Shown here one piece after another: positions 1-8,671 of a DNA stretch of 61,419 nt (positions are counted from its first letter, which is position 1; each line of letters begins with the position of its first letter). The position numbers and the translations under genes are program-made. The notes beneath the pieces were generated by a model that made no database searches, was not told the DNA's origin, and saw only the letters and a program-made list of their open reading frames with translations. The stretch is taken from positions 1 through 61,419 of IMG/VR virus record IMGVR_UViG_3300036881_000024. One strand, written 5' to 3'. This DNA is from a virus. Its lineage: Duplodnaviria > Caudoviricetes.

Positions 1-179
1 GAGCCGCCGTTCACCGTCACGGTCGTGCCGCCGCCTGAGACTCCGCAGGTCGGGCAAGAGAAGTCAATCGTGTTTCCTGTCGGAGTAGCAACGATAGGCG
101 ACGTGCCGGTGAAGTTGACCACGCCGACTGTTGGAGTTACCGGGGTTCCGCCCGCGTCGATGCCGGTGATATTGCCGCT
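1..179. repeat. Direct repeat of 60575..60753
   Basis: 1-126 is identical to 60575-60700; 127-179 has 5 mismatches. Both copies encode GNITGIDAGGTPVTPT(A/V)GVVNFTGTSPIVATPTGNTIDFSCPTCGVSGGG. Confidence 0.95.
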
Positions 180-2522
180 CGACCATGATGTGATGCAATT
201 CGTACCAATGCAAAATCCAGAGGGATCGTTCCACTGATTTGTTGCCGGATCGAACGTCGCCCCGATCACATCGCCCGCCCCGTAGAGGGTCACAAGCGTC
301 GGGTTATCGAAGCCGATACTCATACCGCCTGCTGATCCCGCAGAAATGTCTAGGCCACCAGCCGTATCGGTTCTGAAAGACGAATACGAGTGTGCGCCGG
401 GACTGAAGTCTCCAAGTTTCAACATCGATGTGCCATAGCCGATGGTTGGGACTCCATCAAACGCAGGGCTGAGCGCAAATACCGGGGAGCCTGTTCCTCG
501 CGGGGCATTTTCCGGAATGTAGACCGAACCGACTTCAATGCCAGAAGTTCCATTGCCCGCGAAGCTGCGAACGTTGTCGGCTGTTGCCGGGGCAATCTCC
601 ACCGACGTGATCGTTCCCGTGGTTGTAGCGTTGAGGGCGCAGAATCCGGTCACTCCTGATTCCACCGCTACAGAAGCGGCAGTGAACGTCAGCCCGGCGT
701 CTACCGTGCCTGCAGCACAGGTTGTGAGGTTAGCGAAGCCCCAGAGGGTTCCACTGGCTGTTGTCAATTTAAGGGCTGCGAAGTTGTATCCCGCCGCCTT
801 CACATTGGCGGTTAAATCGTAATAGCCGCTTGGCAACACGGTGTTAGCGGGGATCGGAAGCCCCTGTGCGGTGCTGGAACTTATGACCGAATGCGCCGTG
901 TTCGCAGTGGAAGGCACTGCAAGTGCCACCAGCGATCCATCTGCCGTGGCATTCGTGATCGTTGTTGCGGTGGCTGACCAGACGCCGGAAACGCCATCGA
1001 CTGCCGGCACGGGGCACGATGCGGTGTATCCATTCGGCGCGTCGATGTAGGTGTTTGAAATCAGGTTGCACACCGTCTGATATATTTGCGGCACCCTCAA
1101 CACCGTTGCTCCGCCGCCGGTAATCAAGTAGTTCAAGTCACCATGGTAAGTGAAGTTATTTGGTCCCAGAACCGCATCGGAGCCGCCGCTTACGTGAATG
1201 TCGGCACCCATCACGTTCTGATAGAACGTTGTGTTGTTCACGACAGTGTTTGTTGCTGGATTCAGAATTCCCACGCCATCCGATACTTCATTCGCCGTCA
1301 AAATGTAACCCGCGTTGCCAACGGTTGAATCGTATAGAGCGGTTTGCTGCCCCGCGATGGCAATAGTGTTGCCCGATCCAGGCACGGAAATATAGGTTGC
1401 GGCCCCGTCCGATCCGGTAACGATGTTGGTCAGAATTGCCCCGATGGAGTTCTGCCCAACAAAGATTCCGTAATAAGCATCCTGGCCGAGAACGCACCCA
1501 TCGATCTTAGCAAGCCGAGTCAGGCTTGTTCCTGTCCCGATCTGGATTCCCATCGCTACTGCCTGCATCGAGCAGTTGGTAATTGATGGCGAATCCATCC
1601 CGCCTGTAAGCTGCATCCCAACAGAAAGGGAATCAAAATTGAGATTGTGAAAGTGCGTCTGGTCGGTGTCGTAATCGACCGTTAATCCAACCTGTGAGCC
1701 GGTCCAGTTATTCGATCCGGTGAAATAAAGATCGTGAACGTAGACCCCGCCAAGCCGTGAAGGGGGAGAGGGCGCTGGATTCCCAACAGCCAACCCAGGG
1801 CCGTTTGTGCTCGTGACGGTGATTTTAGTTCCAGTGACTCCCGTTTGGCACCCACCGCCGCAACCGCCATCCGTGCCATAAGCGAACGTACCATCAAGCG
1901 TGATCCCTGGCGTTGAGATGCGAGGAGCGGTTGAGACAGAATAGGCAGACGGCGCTAGCGTTACCGTGCCGCCGTGAGTTGTAGCTGCTCGATCAATGAG
2001 GGACTGAATTCCCGCTGTGCCATCGCTGCTCGTGTATGGAGTTGTTTCTGTACCGATTGTAGTACTGGATTCGGAAAGGTCGTAACCGGAGAGTGTCAAT
2101 GTGAACGGCGTGATGTCCTGGCCGTCGACGCAGGTTCCGAGAGGACACCCTCCGCCACCACTGCCGACCGGATACAGCCCCGTGAACGTCACCGGAGATG
2201 GATAGGTATTTGGAGCAATTCCCCCACTCAACACCACGTCGTAGCCCTGATTGATGGCCGCATAGATGGGTGGAATGGAGCCGTTCGTGTTCGCGATGAA
2301 AGGGCTCTGCGGGGTCGTAGTGGCGAGGGTGGTGGTGCCCGTCAAATAGACGGTGACGAGACAAGAGGGGATCACGCCTTGCAGATAATTCGTCGAGACC
2401 AACCCGGAAGTCTTGGCTTGAACGCCCGCCTGAGTGCAAACATAGATAGGAAGAACGGCGGTTTGAGCGTGCGCCGCGAAGGAACCCGCCAAAAGCAAAA
2501 GCGACAAAATCCGTTTCAGCAT
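1..2522 (-). CDS. Giant fibre/tailspike-like protein, N-terminal part (runs off the window edge); Sec signal peptide and pectate-lyase-like beta-helix
   Basis: Absent from the ORF track, consistent with no stop before the edge. Translated by hand at the start, middle and end. ATG 2522 (alt 2534) gives MLKRILSLLLLAGSFAAHA-QTAVLP. Later GGTVTLAPSAYSVSTAPRISTPGITLDG and VHDLYFTG resemble pectate_lyase_3 beta-helices. The frame ends in ...TVNGG, matching the 57-61 kb ORF. Confidence 0.8.
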   Translation of the reverse strand, partial: MLKRILSLLLLAGSFAAHAQTAVLPIYVCTQAGVQAKTSGLVSTNYLQGVIPSCLVTVYLTGTTTLATTTPQSPFIANTNGSIPPIYAAINQGYDVVLSGGIAPNTYPSPVTFTGLYPVGSGGGGCPLGTCVDGQDITPFTLTLSGYDLSESSTTIGTETTPYTSSDGTAGIQSLIDRAATTHGGTVTLAPSAYSVSTAPRISTPGITLDGTFAYGTDGGCGGGCQTGVTGTKITVTSTNGPGLAVGNPAPSPPSRLGGVYVHDLYFTGSNNWTGSQVGLTVDYDTDQTHFHNLNFDSLSVGMQLTGGMDSPSITNCSMQAVAMGIQIGTGTSLTRLAKIDGCVLGQDAYYGIFVGQNSIGAILTNIVTGSDGAATYISVPGSGNTIAIAGQQTALYDSTVGNAGYILTANEVSDGVGILNPATNTVVNNTTFYQNVMGADIHVSGGSDAVLGPNNFTYHGDLNYLITGGGATVLRVPQIYQTVCNLISNTYIDAPNGYTASCPVPAVDGVSGVWSATATTITNATADGSLVALAVPSTANTAHSVISSSTAQGLPIPANTVLPSGYYDLTANVKAAGYNFAALKLTTASGTLWGFANLTTCAAGTVDAGLTFTAASVAVESGVTGFCALNATTTGTITSVEIAPATADNVRSFAGNGTSGIEVGSVYIPENAPRGTGSPVFALSPAFDGVPTIGYGTSMLKLGDFSPGAHSYSSFRTDTAGGLDISAGSAGGMSIGFDNPTLVTLYGAGDVIGATFDPATNQWNDPSGFCIGTNCITSWSSGNITGIDAGGTPVTPTVGVVNFTGTSPIVATPTGNTIDFSCPTCGVSGGGTTVTVNGG

Positions 2523-2632
2523 CAAGAGCCTCATATCGAGGCCGTTCGCGGGTGGGGCAAGTCCAACAGGAGATTACGAATTTAGCCTACACCCGAACTG
2601 AAATTTTCTCTACTACTTTGAGGAATCAGCGG

Positions 2633-2638
2633 TATAAT
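2633..2638 (+). promoter_or_regulatory. -10 box of a probable leaderless transcript
   Basis: TATAAT 7 nt upstream of ATG 2646, with no Shine-Dalgarno. Confidence 0.5.
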
Positions 2639-2645
2639 TCGCGCT

Positions 2646-3185
2646 ATGGATACGAATGTCATCACCTCAGAGCCACCCGCGCAAACCCCGAAGAAATCAC
2701 AAACCAAGAAGCACAAGATGAGCGCAGCCGGTCGTAAAGCCCTCTCCGCCGCTTCAAAAGCACGTTGGGCAGCGAAGAAAGCCACTCCTATACCTGACGT
2801 TGCGACAGTCGCTCCCGTCCCAGTTCCTATCCCTCCTTCGCCGGCCGTTCTCAAACTTCAGGAGCAGGTTGTCGAACTTGTCTCACAACGCAGCGCAGCC
2901 CGCGCACGGCTCTCCGAGGCTCATGCGGGCTACTTGCTTGCTCAGAGCACGTTTCAGGCTGCCGAAGCCAACGTGAAAGCCGCAGAACAGGATGCTCAGT
3001 ATCTCCTTGGACTGATCGCGCAACTAGAGAATCGGACACCTGTCATATCCGTCACCCAAAGTTCCCCCGTGCTCCAGATGCCGAGTTCGCTGGCCGGAGT
3101 GTCATCGGAACCGGCTCAGCCCCGGCAAATTTACGCTATGGCATCGGCGGACGATCTTAAGCGAGAGATGCGCGGGATGATGTAG
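2646..3185 (+). CDS. Basic histone-like/nucleoid-type protein with coiled coil (moron)
   Basis: KMSAAGRKALSAASKARWAAKK motif followed by a long heptad region; antisense to the virion operon with its own promoter. Confidence 0.6.
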   Translation: MDTNVITSEPPAQTPKKSQTKKHKMSAAGRKALSAASKARWAAKKATPIPDVATVAPVPVPIPPSPAVLKLQEQVVELVSQRSAARARLSEAHAGYLLAQSTFQAAEANVKAAEQDAQYLLGLIAQLENRTPVISVTQSSPVLQMPSSLAGVSSEPAQPRQIYAMASADDLKREMRGMM

Positions 3186-4080
3186 TCGGGGCGAACCCCA
3201 ACTCCGCACTCGGCTCCAGACCACGCGGACAGCACGATCTAAACGGGCAGGGATTCGTCCTCTGGAAGCATTGGCTGAATTGCGGCTCCGGGGGCTCCGT
3301 CGTCCCGGCAATGCGGCTCAGCTTAGATTCCGCGAGATGCAATATTGCATTAAAGTTTTCCGGCACATCGACGTGGTGGATCAGCACCACTTCCGGCAGT
3401 AAGCCGTCTTCCACGAGTTGATCCAGCCATTGTTCCCTTGTGAACCGCGATTCGTGCTGAAACACCGGCTCCCACGCACCGTCAAAGCCTGTCCCATCCC
3501 GCTTGCGGAACCTTAACTGCTTTGATACCGGGTGAGTCCAGCCCTTTACGAGCGGGCCATGCCGCCGCCCATTCCGTTCCTGCCCCAAAACCACTACCAC
3601 GAGGTCCATCGGAACGCCATAAATTGCTGATTCCAGAGTCCTCCAGTCATGCTCGGCTTCGAGTTGGCGGTAAATGTTCCACGTGGAACACAGAACAACC
3701 CTCCGTAGATGGCTCTCAGAGGGGTCTAGGAAGGCTGATGGGCTCCAGACATGGTTTCCTACCTTAATCGGCTCCGAGCGCTTCCACGGGCCTCCAGTGC
3801 GCAGCAAATAGACCACAAACGAAGCTATCCCGGCCAGATGTTCGGCCTGCCCCAACAAATCCTCTTGGTTCGAGTCGATGCCCCGGCTGGTAGCAATTTC
3901 CATCAAAGCATCGGAGGCCGCATCGCCGGGGTCTTTCCCTGTGCTATCTGTCAGGCCAGCTTCGACGGCGCTGTACAGGGCTTCGCTGGGCGTGAGCGCG
4001 GGAACCTGCCACCGCTCGAAGTAGTAGGCGGCTCGGCGGCAGTGGTCGTCGTCAGCGAGGATGCGTGGCGTACCATTCAT
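3157..4080 (-). CDS. Cas4/PD-(D/E)XK-like protein, possibly catalytically degenerate
   Basis: N-terminal HCRRAAYY and C-terminal QCFQRTNPCPFRSCC fit the 1+3 Cys Fe-S arrangement; no clear D..ExK motif. Confidence 0.5.
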   Translation of the reverse strand: MNGTPRILADDDHCRRAAYYFERWQVPALTPSEALYSAVEAGLTDSTGKDPGDAASDALMEIATSRGIDSNQEDLLGQAEHLAGIASFVVYLLRTGGPWKRSEPIKVGNHVWSPSAFLDPSESHLRRVVLCSTWNIYRQLEAEHDWRTLESAIYGVPMDLVVVVLGQERNGRRHGPLVKGWTHPVSKQLRFRKRDGTGFDGAWEPVFQHESRFTREQWLDQLVEDGLLPEVVLIHHVDVPENFNAILHLAESKLSRIAGTTEPPEPQFSQCFQRTNPCPFRSCCPRGLEPSAELGFAPTTSSRASLA

Positions 4081-5812
4081 CGCGGTCCTGCTCAAGTTGG
4101 CGCGTTTTGGGACCGCGCGGAGTGAGTGTCACCCCCACCAGAGCGGCAAGCGCGGGATTGACCTTGACACCTTGCTTATCAGCCGCTTGCACAATCGGCT
4201 TGAGGTCACCGATGAGGTCCTGGGGAATCTCGGCAATATCCTGTGCCGTTACACGAGTCAAGAATTTGATAACCGCTGGACGCTCCACTAGGCTCGCAAT
4301 CGCGTGACTTCCTCCGGCGATTGCCAAGCCTCCGCCAACAGTACCTCCTAGACTCGGCAATTCCCCTCTCACAACGTCTCGGATCACATCAAGGACAGGC
4401 CAGATCAGACCCATCCGGTATCCGACGCTGCGAATTAGACCAGCGGCTTTTTTGATGGGCGCTGCTTTTGCGGCGCGAATATCGCGCTCATTGACTTTTC
4501 CTGTCTCCCCTGGCGCAGGTTTGGGTGCCCCCTTTGAAGCCTCCTGCGCTTCGCTCAACCGCTTAAACTCCGCTGGAATCTCAGCATCAAAAGAGCCAAG
4601 CAATCGTACGCGGTTCGACAGCGTATCCTGCTCTGCAACATCGGGAGCCGCAGAGCGCAGAACGCCGGTAGCGGCATCGGTCTGTCCCAGCGGCTTGCCG
4701 AAGGTCTGTTTCATGCGCCGCCAGTAGTTCCGCGCATCCGTCAGTTTGGCTTCGTAGTTCGGGTTCGGCTCCCCTTTTTCTACCGCTGCCGCATCTTCCC
4801 TCGCGGCGATCCGGCCCATCTCTTTTCCCATCGCCTCGTGCAACTCGTCATAGGCGTGGAACTCGTCACCGGGCAGCGTTCCTTTGGACAGTTCCTTGCC
4901 GAGCCGGGAGTAGTCGCCTTGCAGGTCTTCGTAGGTAAACGCATCCCCTCGCTGAAGTTTCGCTTCCATATTTTTCAGCAGGGTCGGTTCGGTGTGACTT
5001 CCCCTGAGACTTCCCGCAGCATCAGCCAGAGCGCCTTCCATGAACTCCGGGTCTGCCTCGATGGGGTTGAGCGTAGGATTCACCGCAGCGTACTTCTGAT
5101 TGCCGACTTCCAACGCCTTCTGGCGTGCCGTCTCGATTCGCGCTCGAACACTGCTGTACGCATCAGCCGCTTCGTTTCCGGCTTGAACTTTCTTGACCAA
5201 TTCCGCCGTCGTCTTCGGTCCCGTCCCGGTCGCTGTTTCCGCGATCCTGCCGCCCGCTTTCTTCGCCGTGTCCATCAAGCCCTTTGTCACAGGCCCGACG
5301 ACTTCACTTGCCGCTCCTGTGAACGCCGCCTGTCCGGTCATTTGCTCTGCCGTCTCCAGCGGTTGCGCCTTGAATGCCTGCCACATCTCGTCATAGATGC
5401 TCGTTTTGCCGCTCAAAGCGTCGTGAAGCAGTCCGGCAGGGCTCATGCGAAACGCGCTTTCCGCCGTGGCAAGAGGGTGCAGGGGAATCGACAGAAGCCC
5501 GCCGCCGATGTTCGATAGCGCCGTGCCGTACTCCGCGGCAACATCTTTGACGAAAGCACCCGCAGATGGGTTCTTGACAAACTCCTCCGCCCGTTCCTCA
5601 AAGCGGTGCGGCTGGATCTCCGTCAACTTGTCGCGCAAGCCCTCTTCGGGAACCGGCGTGCCTTGGACGCTTGGCAAGGCAATCGCAGACTTGTACTGCG
5701 GATACTTCGCAATCACCTTGTTGGCGATGTCGGTGTCGGAGAAACTGGCGTACTGCGGATACTTGGCTTTGACCTTCTGGCCGAATTGCTCAAGGGTCAT
5801 CTGGTTAGCCAT
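4052..5812 (-). CDS. Putative internal virion/DNA ejection protein
   Basis: 586 aa, Ala-rich and helical with a C-terminal hydrophobic segment; position after the tail genes. Confidence 0.5.
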   Translation of the reverse strand: MANQMTLEQFGQKVKAKYPQYASFSDTDIANKVIAKYPQYKSAIALPSVQGTPVPEEGLRDKLTEIQPHRFEERAEEFVKNPSAGAFVKDVAAEYGTALSNIGGGLLSIPLHPLATAESAFRMSPAGLLHDALSGKTSIYDEMWQAFKAQPLETAEQMTGQAAFTGAASEVVGPVTKGLMDTAKKAGGRIAETATGTGPKTTAELVKKVQAGNEAADAYSSVRARIETARQKALEVGNQKYAAVNPTLNPIEADPEFMEGALADAAGSLRGSHTEPTLLKNMEAKLQRGDAFTYEDLQGDYSRLGKELSKGTLPGDEFHAYDELHEAMGKEMGRIAAREDAAAVEKGEPNPNYEAKLTDARNYWRRMKQTFGKPLGQTDAATGVLRSAAPDVAEQDTLSNRVRLLGSFDAEIPAEFKRLSEAQEASKGAPKPAPGETGKVNERDIRAAKAAPIKKAAGLIRSVGYRMGLIWPVLDVIRDVVRGELPSLGGTVGGGLAIAGGSHAIASLVERPAVIKFLTRVTAQDIAEIPQDLIGDLKPIVQAADKQGVKVNPALAALVGVTLTPRGPKTRQLEQDRDEWYATHPR

Positions 5813-7131
5813 CAGAGCACCCCGAGCGGGTCTTTAGTTTTCTTTTGCGCGTCACGATTCTTCTTCGTCGTCGGACCTTCGGGAGCCGCGATCTCCGGCA
5901 ACTCAGGCTTGGTCTGATCCGCCATCGTGCGCTGCTCTTTGGAGACTGCTTCCATGCCATCGAGAAGCATCTTCCTGAGCGGATCGGGAAGTTCACCACT
6001 CGCGGCTTTGTCGGCCATCTGCTGAATGTTCATGCCAAAACTGCCGATCTTGAGCGTCAGGTTCAACTCGGCAGCGGTTTTGCGTCCGCCCTTTTGCACG
6101 ACCGTCGTGTAGAAGTTCTGGAGTTCGTTGTCAGCCGCAGATTTGTTGCCTGGCTGCGCGTACTGATTCTTGAGCGCCGCGACCGTCTCTTCGGATTGGT
6201 CCGCCTGCGTGTTCAGCGTGCGATAGGTTTGCAGGTCGGAACGATACTGAGCCATGTTCTCTTGAAATTGCTGGCTCATCCCCATCCGCTCAAAGCCAGC
6301 GGCAATTGAACGTGACTGAGCCTGTATGCGCTCATCTTCCTTCTTGTCCTCTTCGGCCTGCTTGTCCTTCTGCGCCTGTTTGATGGTCTGCCAGATTTGC
6401 TTCGCTTCGGGGGGAGCATCGCCGTTCGCGCTCAACTGCGAGGGAAGGTACTGCTTGCCGGTGTCCTGATCCTCCACACCGTAAGCCACGCCGCCCTGCT
6501 CAAGAGCCTTGAGGCCCTTCGGCGCTTTTTCATCTCCCGGCAGTATCGGGACTGCACCTGGAGGAATCTTGCTCGGGTCTTTCGCGTCCAGATACATCTT
6601 CGTGCCGTCCGGTAGCTTGTACGGCTTCATGTCGGGCGTCTTCTCCGCGCCGGGGTCAAGACCGCCCTTGATCCGCGCTGCCGCGTGCGCCTCGGCCGGT
6701 GTAAGTTCGGCAGGATTCGGCGGGGGCGTTCCCTGCGCGTACTGTCCCGCCATCGCCTGATTCTGCTGCTGATACTTCGCCGCGTCCTGAGCACGTACCT
6801 GTGCGACGTGCGCCTTGAGATGGTTCGTGATGTGGAGCTTCGCCAGTAAGTCTCCCGCGCCTGCCTCAACCGGATTCGGGCCTCCAGCCTTCTCGCCGAG
6901 AATCCCCCGCATCTGGCCGATAGTCTGCGTCATGCGGTTGACCGTCTCTTCGTACTCTTTTTCCTTGCCTGTGACGGCCTTTGAGGGATCGTTCGGGTCG
7001 GCGTAGAGGGCGAGGCGCGTCTGGTCTGCCTGGAGAGCCTGAGACAGTGGAGCGAGTTTGAACTTCGTGTCGTCCGCCCACCGCTGATCCTGCAACGTGT
7101 GCGCTCTTTGAAGATACGGGTTCGTCGCCAT
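5812..7131 (-). CDS. Putative internal virion/DNA ejection protein
   Basis: 439 aa, Q/A/K-rich and helical; translationally coupled to the next gene. Confidence 0.5.
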   Translation of the reverse strand: MATNPYLQRAHTLQDQRWADDTKFKLAPLSQALQADQTRLALYADPNDPSKAVTGKEKEYEETVNRMTQTIGQMRGILGEKAGGPNPVEAGAGDLLAKLHITNHLKAHVAQVRAQDAAKYQQQNQAMAGQYAQGTPPPNPAELTPAEAHAAARIKGGLDPGAEKTPDMKPYKLPDGTKMYLDAKDPSKIPPGAVPILPGDEKAPKGLKALEQGGVAYGVEDQDTGKQYLPSQLSANGDAPPEAKQIWQTIKQAQKDKQAEEDKKEDERIQAQSRSIAAGFERMGMSQQFQENMAQYRSDLQTYRTLNTQADQSEETVAALKNQYAQPGNKSAADNELQNFYTTVVQKGGRKTAAELNLTLKIGSFGMNIQQMADKAASGELPDPLRKMLLDGMEAVSKEQRTMADQTKPELPEIAAPEGPTTKKNRDAQKKTKDPLGVL

Positions 7132-7140
7132 TCTGACCCC

Positions 7141-7692
7141 TTACGTGAGAATTGACGCCAATGCGTTCAAGTCCTGAGACGCGCCCGGTTTCACGCCCTT
7201 CAAGGAAGCAATCGAGCCAATCGTCTTTCCGATAGCGTTGATGATCTCGTTCCACTTTGCCGCCTGCTGCGCCTGCATCTGAGTCGCCATGTCGAACCCG
7301 GCTTCATTCCCGGACATGCCCATCGAGAGCAGTCCCGCGCCCTGTGAGCCCAGGTTGGTTGCCGCGCTATTGGTCAAGGCTCCCGTGAGGTTGATGATGT
7401 CGCTGCGTCCTGAAGTTCCGAGATTCGCTACCGTCGCCGCATTGCCACCCGAGCGCGGAGCGAACTGCGCGGTCTGATTGCGCTGTTGCTGGTTCTGTTT
7501 CTGCATGGTGCTGATCTGGGGAGCAAGCGCCTTGGAGACGCGAGTCGGGTCGCCGGAAAGAATATCCTGCATGAAGTTGCTACTGGCCGTCAGGTCTGAT
7601 TCCCCGAGCCCGGTCGCAAAGCCGCTCGACGCTACAAGATTGTTGTAGTTCGATTTCTCGCCGCCGCTGGGTCCAATATCGATGCCAAAGAT
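7141..7692 (-). CDS. Putative ejection/pilot protein with uncertain start (possible ATC at 7692; first ATG at 7572)
   Basis: G/S/A/Q-rich. The frame is open and protein-like upstream of 7572 ([19 protein letters not shown]), and GAAGGGAGG lies 9 nt before an in-frame ATC. Confidence 0.55.
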   Translation of the reverse strand: MFGIDIGPSGGEKSNYNNLVASSGFATGLGESDLTASSNFMQDILSGDPTRVSKALAPQISTMQKQNQQQRNQTAQFAPRSGGNAATVANLGTSGRSDIINLTGALTNSAATNLGSQGAGLLSMGMSGNEAGFDMATQMQAQQAAKWNEIINAIGKTIGSIASLKGVKPGASQDLNALASILT

Positions 7693-7726
7693 AGAATTAG
7701 CCCTCCCTTCGGTGATACAATTTTGC

Positions 7727-7837
7727 GTGAATCGAAAGAAGATATTTCTTGGCCTGTTTAATACCGCACAAGAGGCTCATCAAGCGTACTGCGAAGCGGC
7801 CACCAAGTATCACGGGGAGTTTGCTCGCTTTTCGTAG
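7727..7837 (+). pseudogene. AP2 DNA-binding domain remnant of an HNH-AP2 homing endonuclease
   Basis: [36 protein letters not shown] matches the typical AP2 tail (LG.F.T..EA..AY..AA...HGEFA); preceded by TGnTACAAT. Confidence 0.75.
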
Positions 7838-7864
7838 GACGATGCCAAACATGATGCCTCCATT

Positions 7865-8494
7865 CTACGTCGGATTCACAATCGCCGTAATAATTCCTGC
7901 GGTTACGGTCAAAGACCCGTCCGTTCCCCCAACCGTGACCTTAGCCAGCGGCACCGTTCCGCTGACCCCTGCCGGAGTCGATACGCTGAATGCTCCCGTG
8001 GAGGAGTTATACCCCGTCAGGTACTCCCCGGCCACCGCAGCGGTATTCGCGGGAACCACAGGGATTATGGTCGAACCGATGAACGCCGTCCATGCACGGT
8101 TCGCATAGTAGATCGTGCATCCCTGATGAGCGGCCAAGGTCAGACTCGATGCGCCTTGGTTGATGGCCGAGCCGTCGCTCGTGGTCAGCGTGATTGCGCC
8201 TGTGCCGAAGTTCAAAATGTTGCAAGTGAAGTTGGGCTTGACCGTCGAGTTGAGAGTGACCGCGATAGCCGAAGTGTTGTTGAACTGGATGATTCCTTGA
8301 TAGTCCGTGTTCTGTACGGTGTAGCTGGTGCCGCTCTCTTGGGCAATTCCCGAAGCAAATGCTCCCTGTGCGTAAGTTGAATTCGTATCCGCCGATGAGC
8401 CGGTATTTGGCGAAGTCGTACCGATGGGCGACACACCGGCACGCGACGGTATATTTGCCGGCTCTTCGGCATTTGGTTCGATGATCGCTGCCAT
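7865..8494 (-). CDS. Small tail fibre/tail-associated protein
   Basis: 209 aa, T/S/G-rich beta protein ending in LTVTAGIITA, a fibre-type motif. Confidence 0.55.
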   Translation of the reverse strand: MAAIIEPNAEEPANIPSRAGVSPIGTTSPNTGSSADTNSTYAQGAFASGIAQESGTSYTVQNTDYQGIIQFNNTSAIAVTLNSTVKPNFTCNILNFGTGAITLTTSDGSAINQGASSLTLAAHQGCTIYYANRAWTAFIGSTIIPVVPANTAAVAGEYLTGYNSSTGAFSVSTPAGVSGTVPLAKVTVGGTDGSLTVTAGIITAIVNPT

Positions 8495-8671
8495 CTACTT
8501 CCCCTTCAACTGAGTTTGAATCGCTGTGATCTGTGCCTTCAAAGACTGGTTCGCGGTCTGCAAATCGACAATCTGCTGATCGTGGTTATAGATCGTCTGC
8601 TCCACGTCGGGATGAACTTTCCCTTTCAGGTTCGGAGGAACGCGCATCGAAATCGGGTTCGGTTGACTCAT
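8495..8671 (-). CDS. Small coiled-coil virion protein (58 aa)
   Basis: Hand-translated MSQPNPISMRVPP...QIVDLQTANQSLKAQITAIQTQLKGK*; fills the gap exactly, with an ATGA overlap. Confidence 0.7.
   Translation of the reverse strand: MSQPNPISMRVPPNLKGKVHPDVEQTIYNHDQQIVDLQTANQSLKAQITAIQTQLKGK

Noticed and set aside
1-179. Possible diversity-generating retroelement TR/VR pair with 60575..60753
   Set aside because: Mismatches are not confined to adenines on one strand, are mostly synonymous, and no reverse transcriptase gene is visible.
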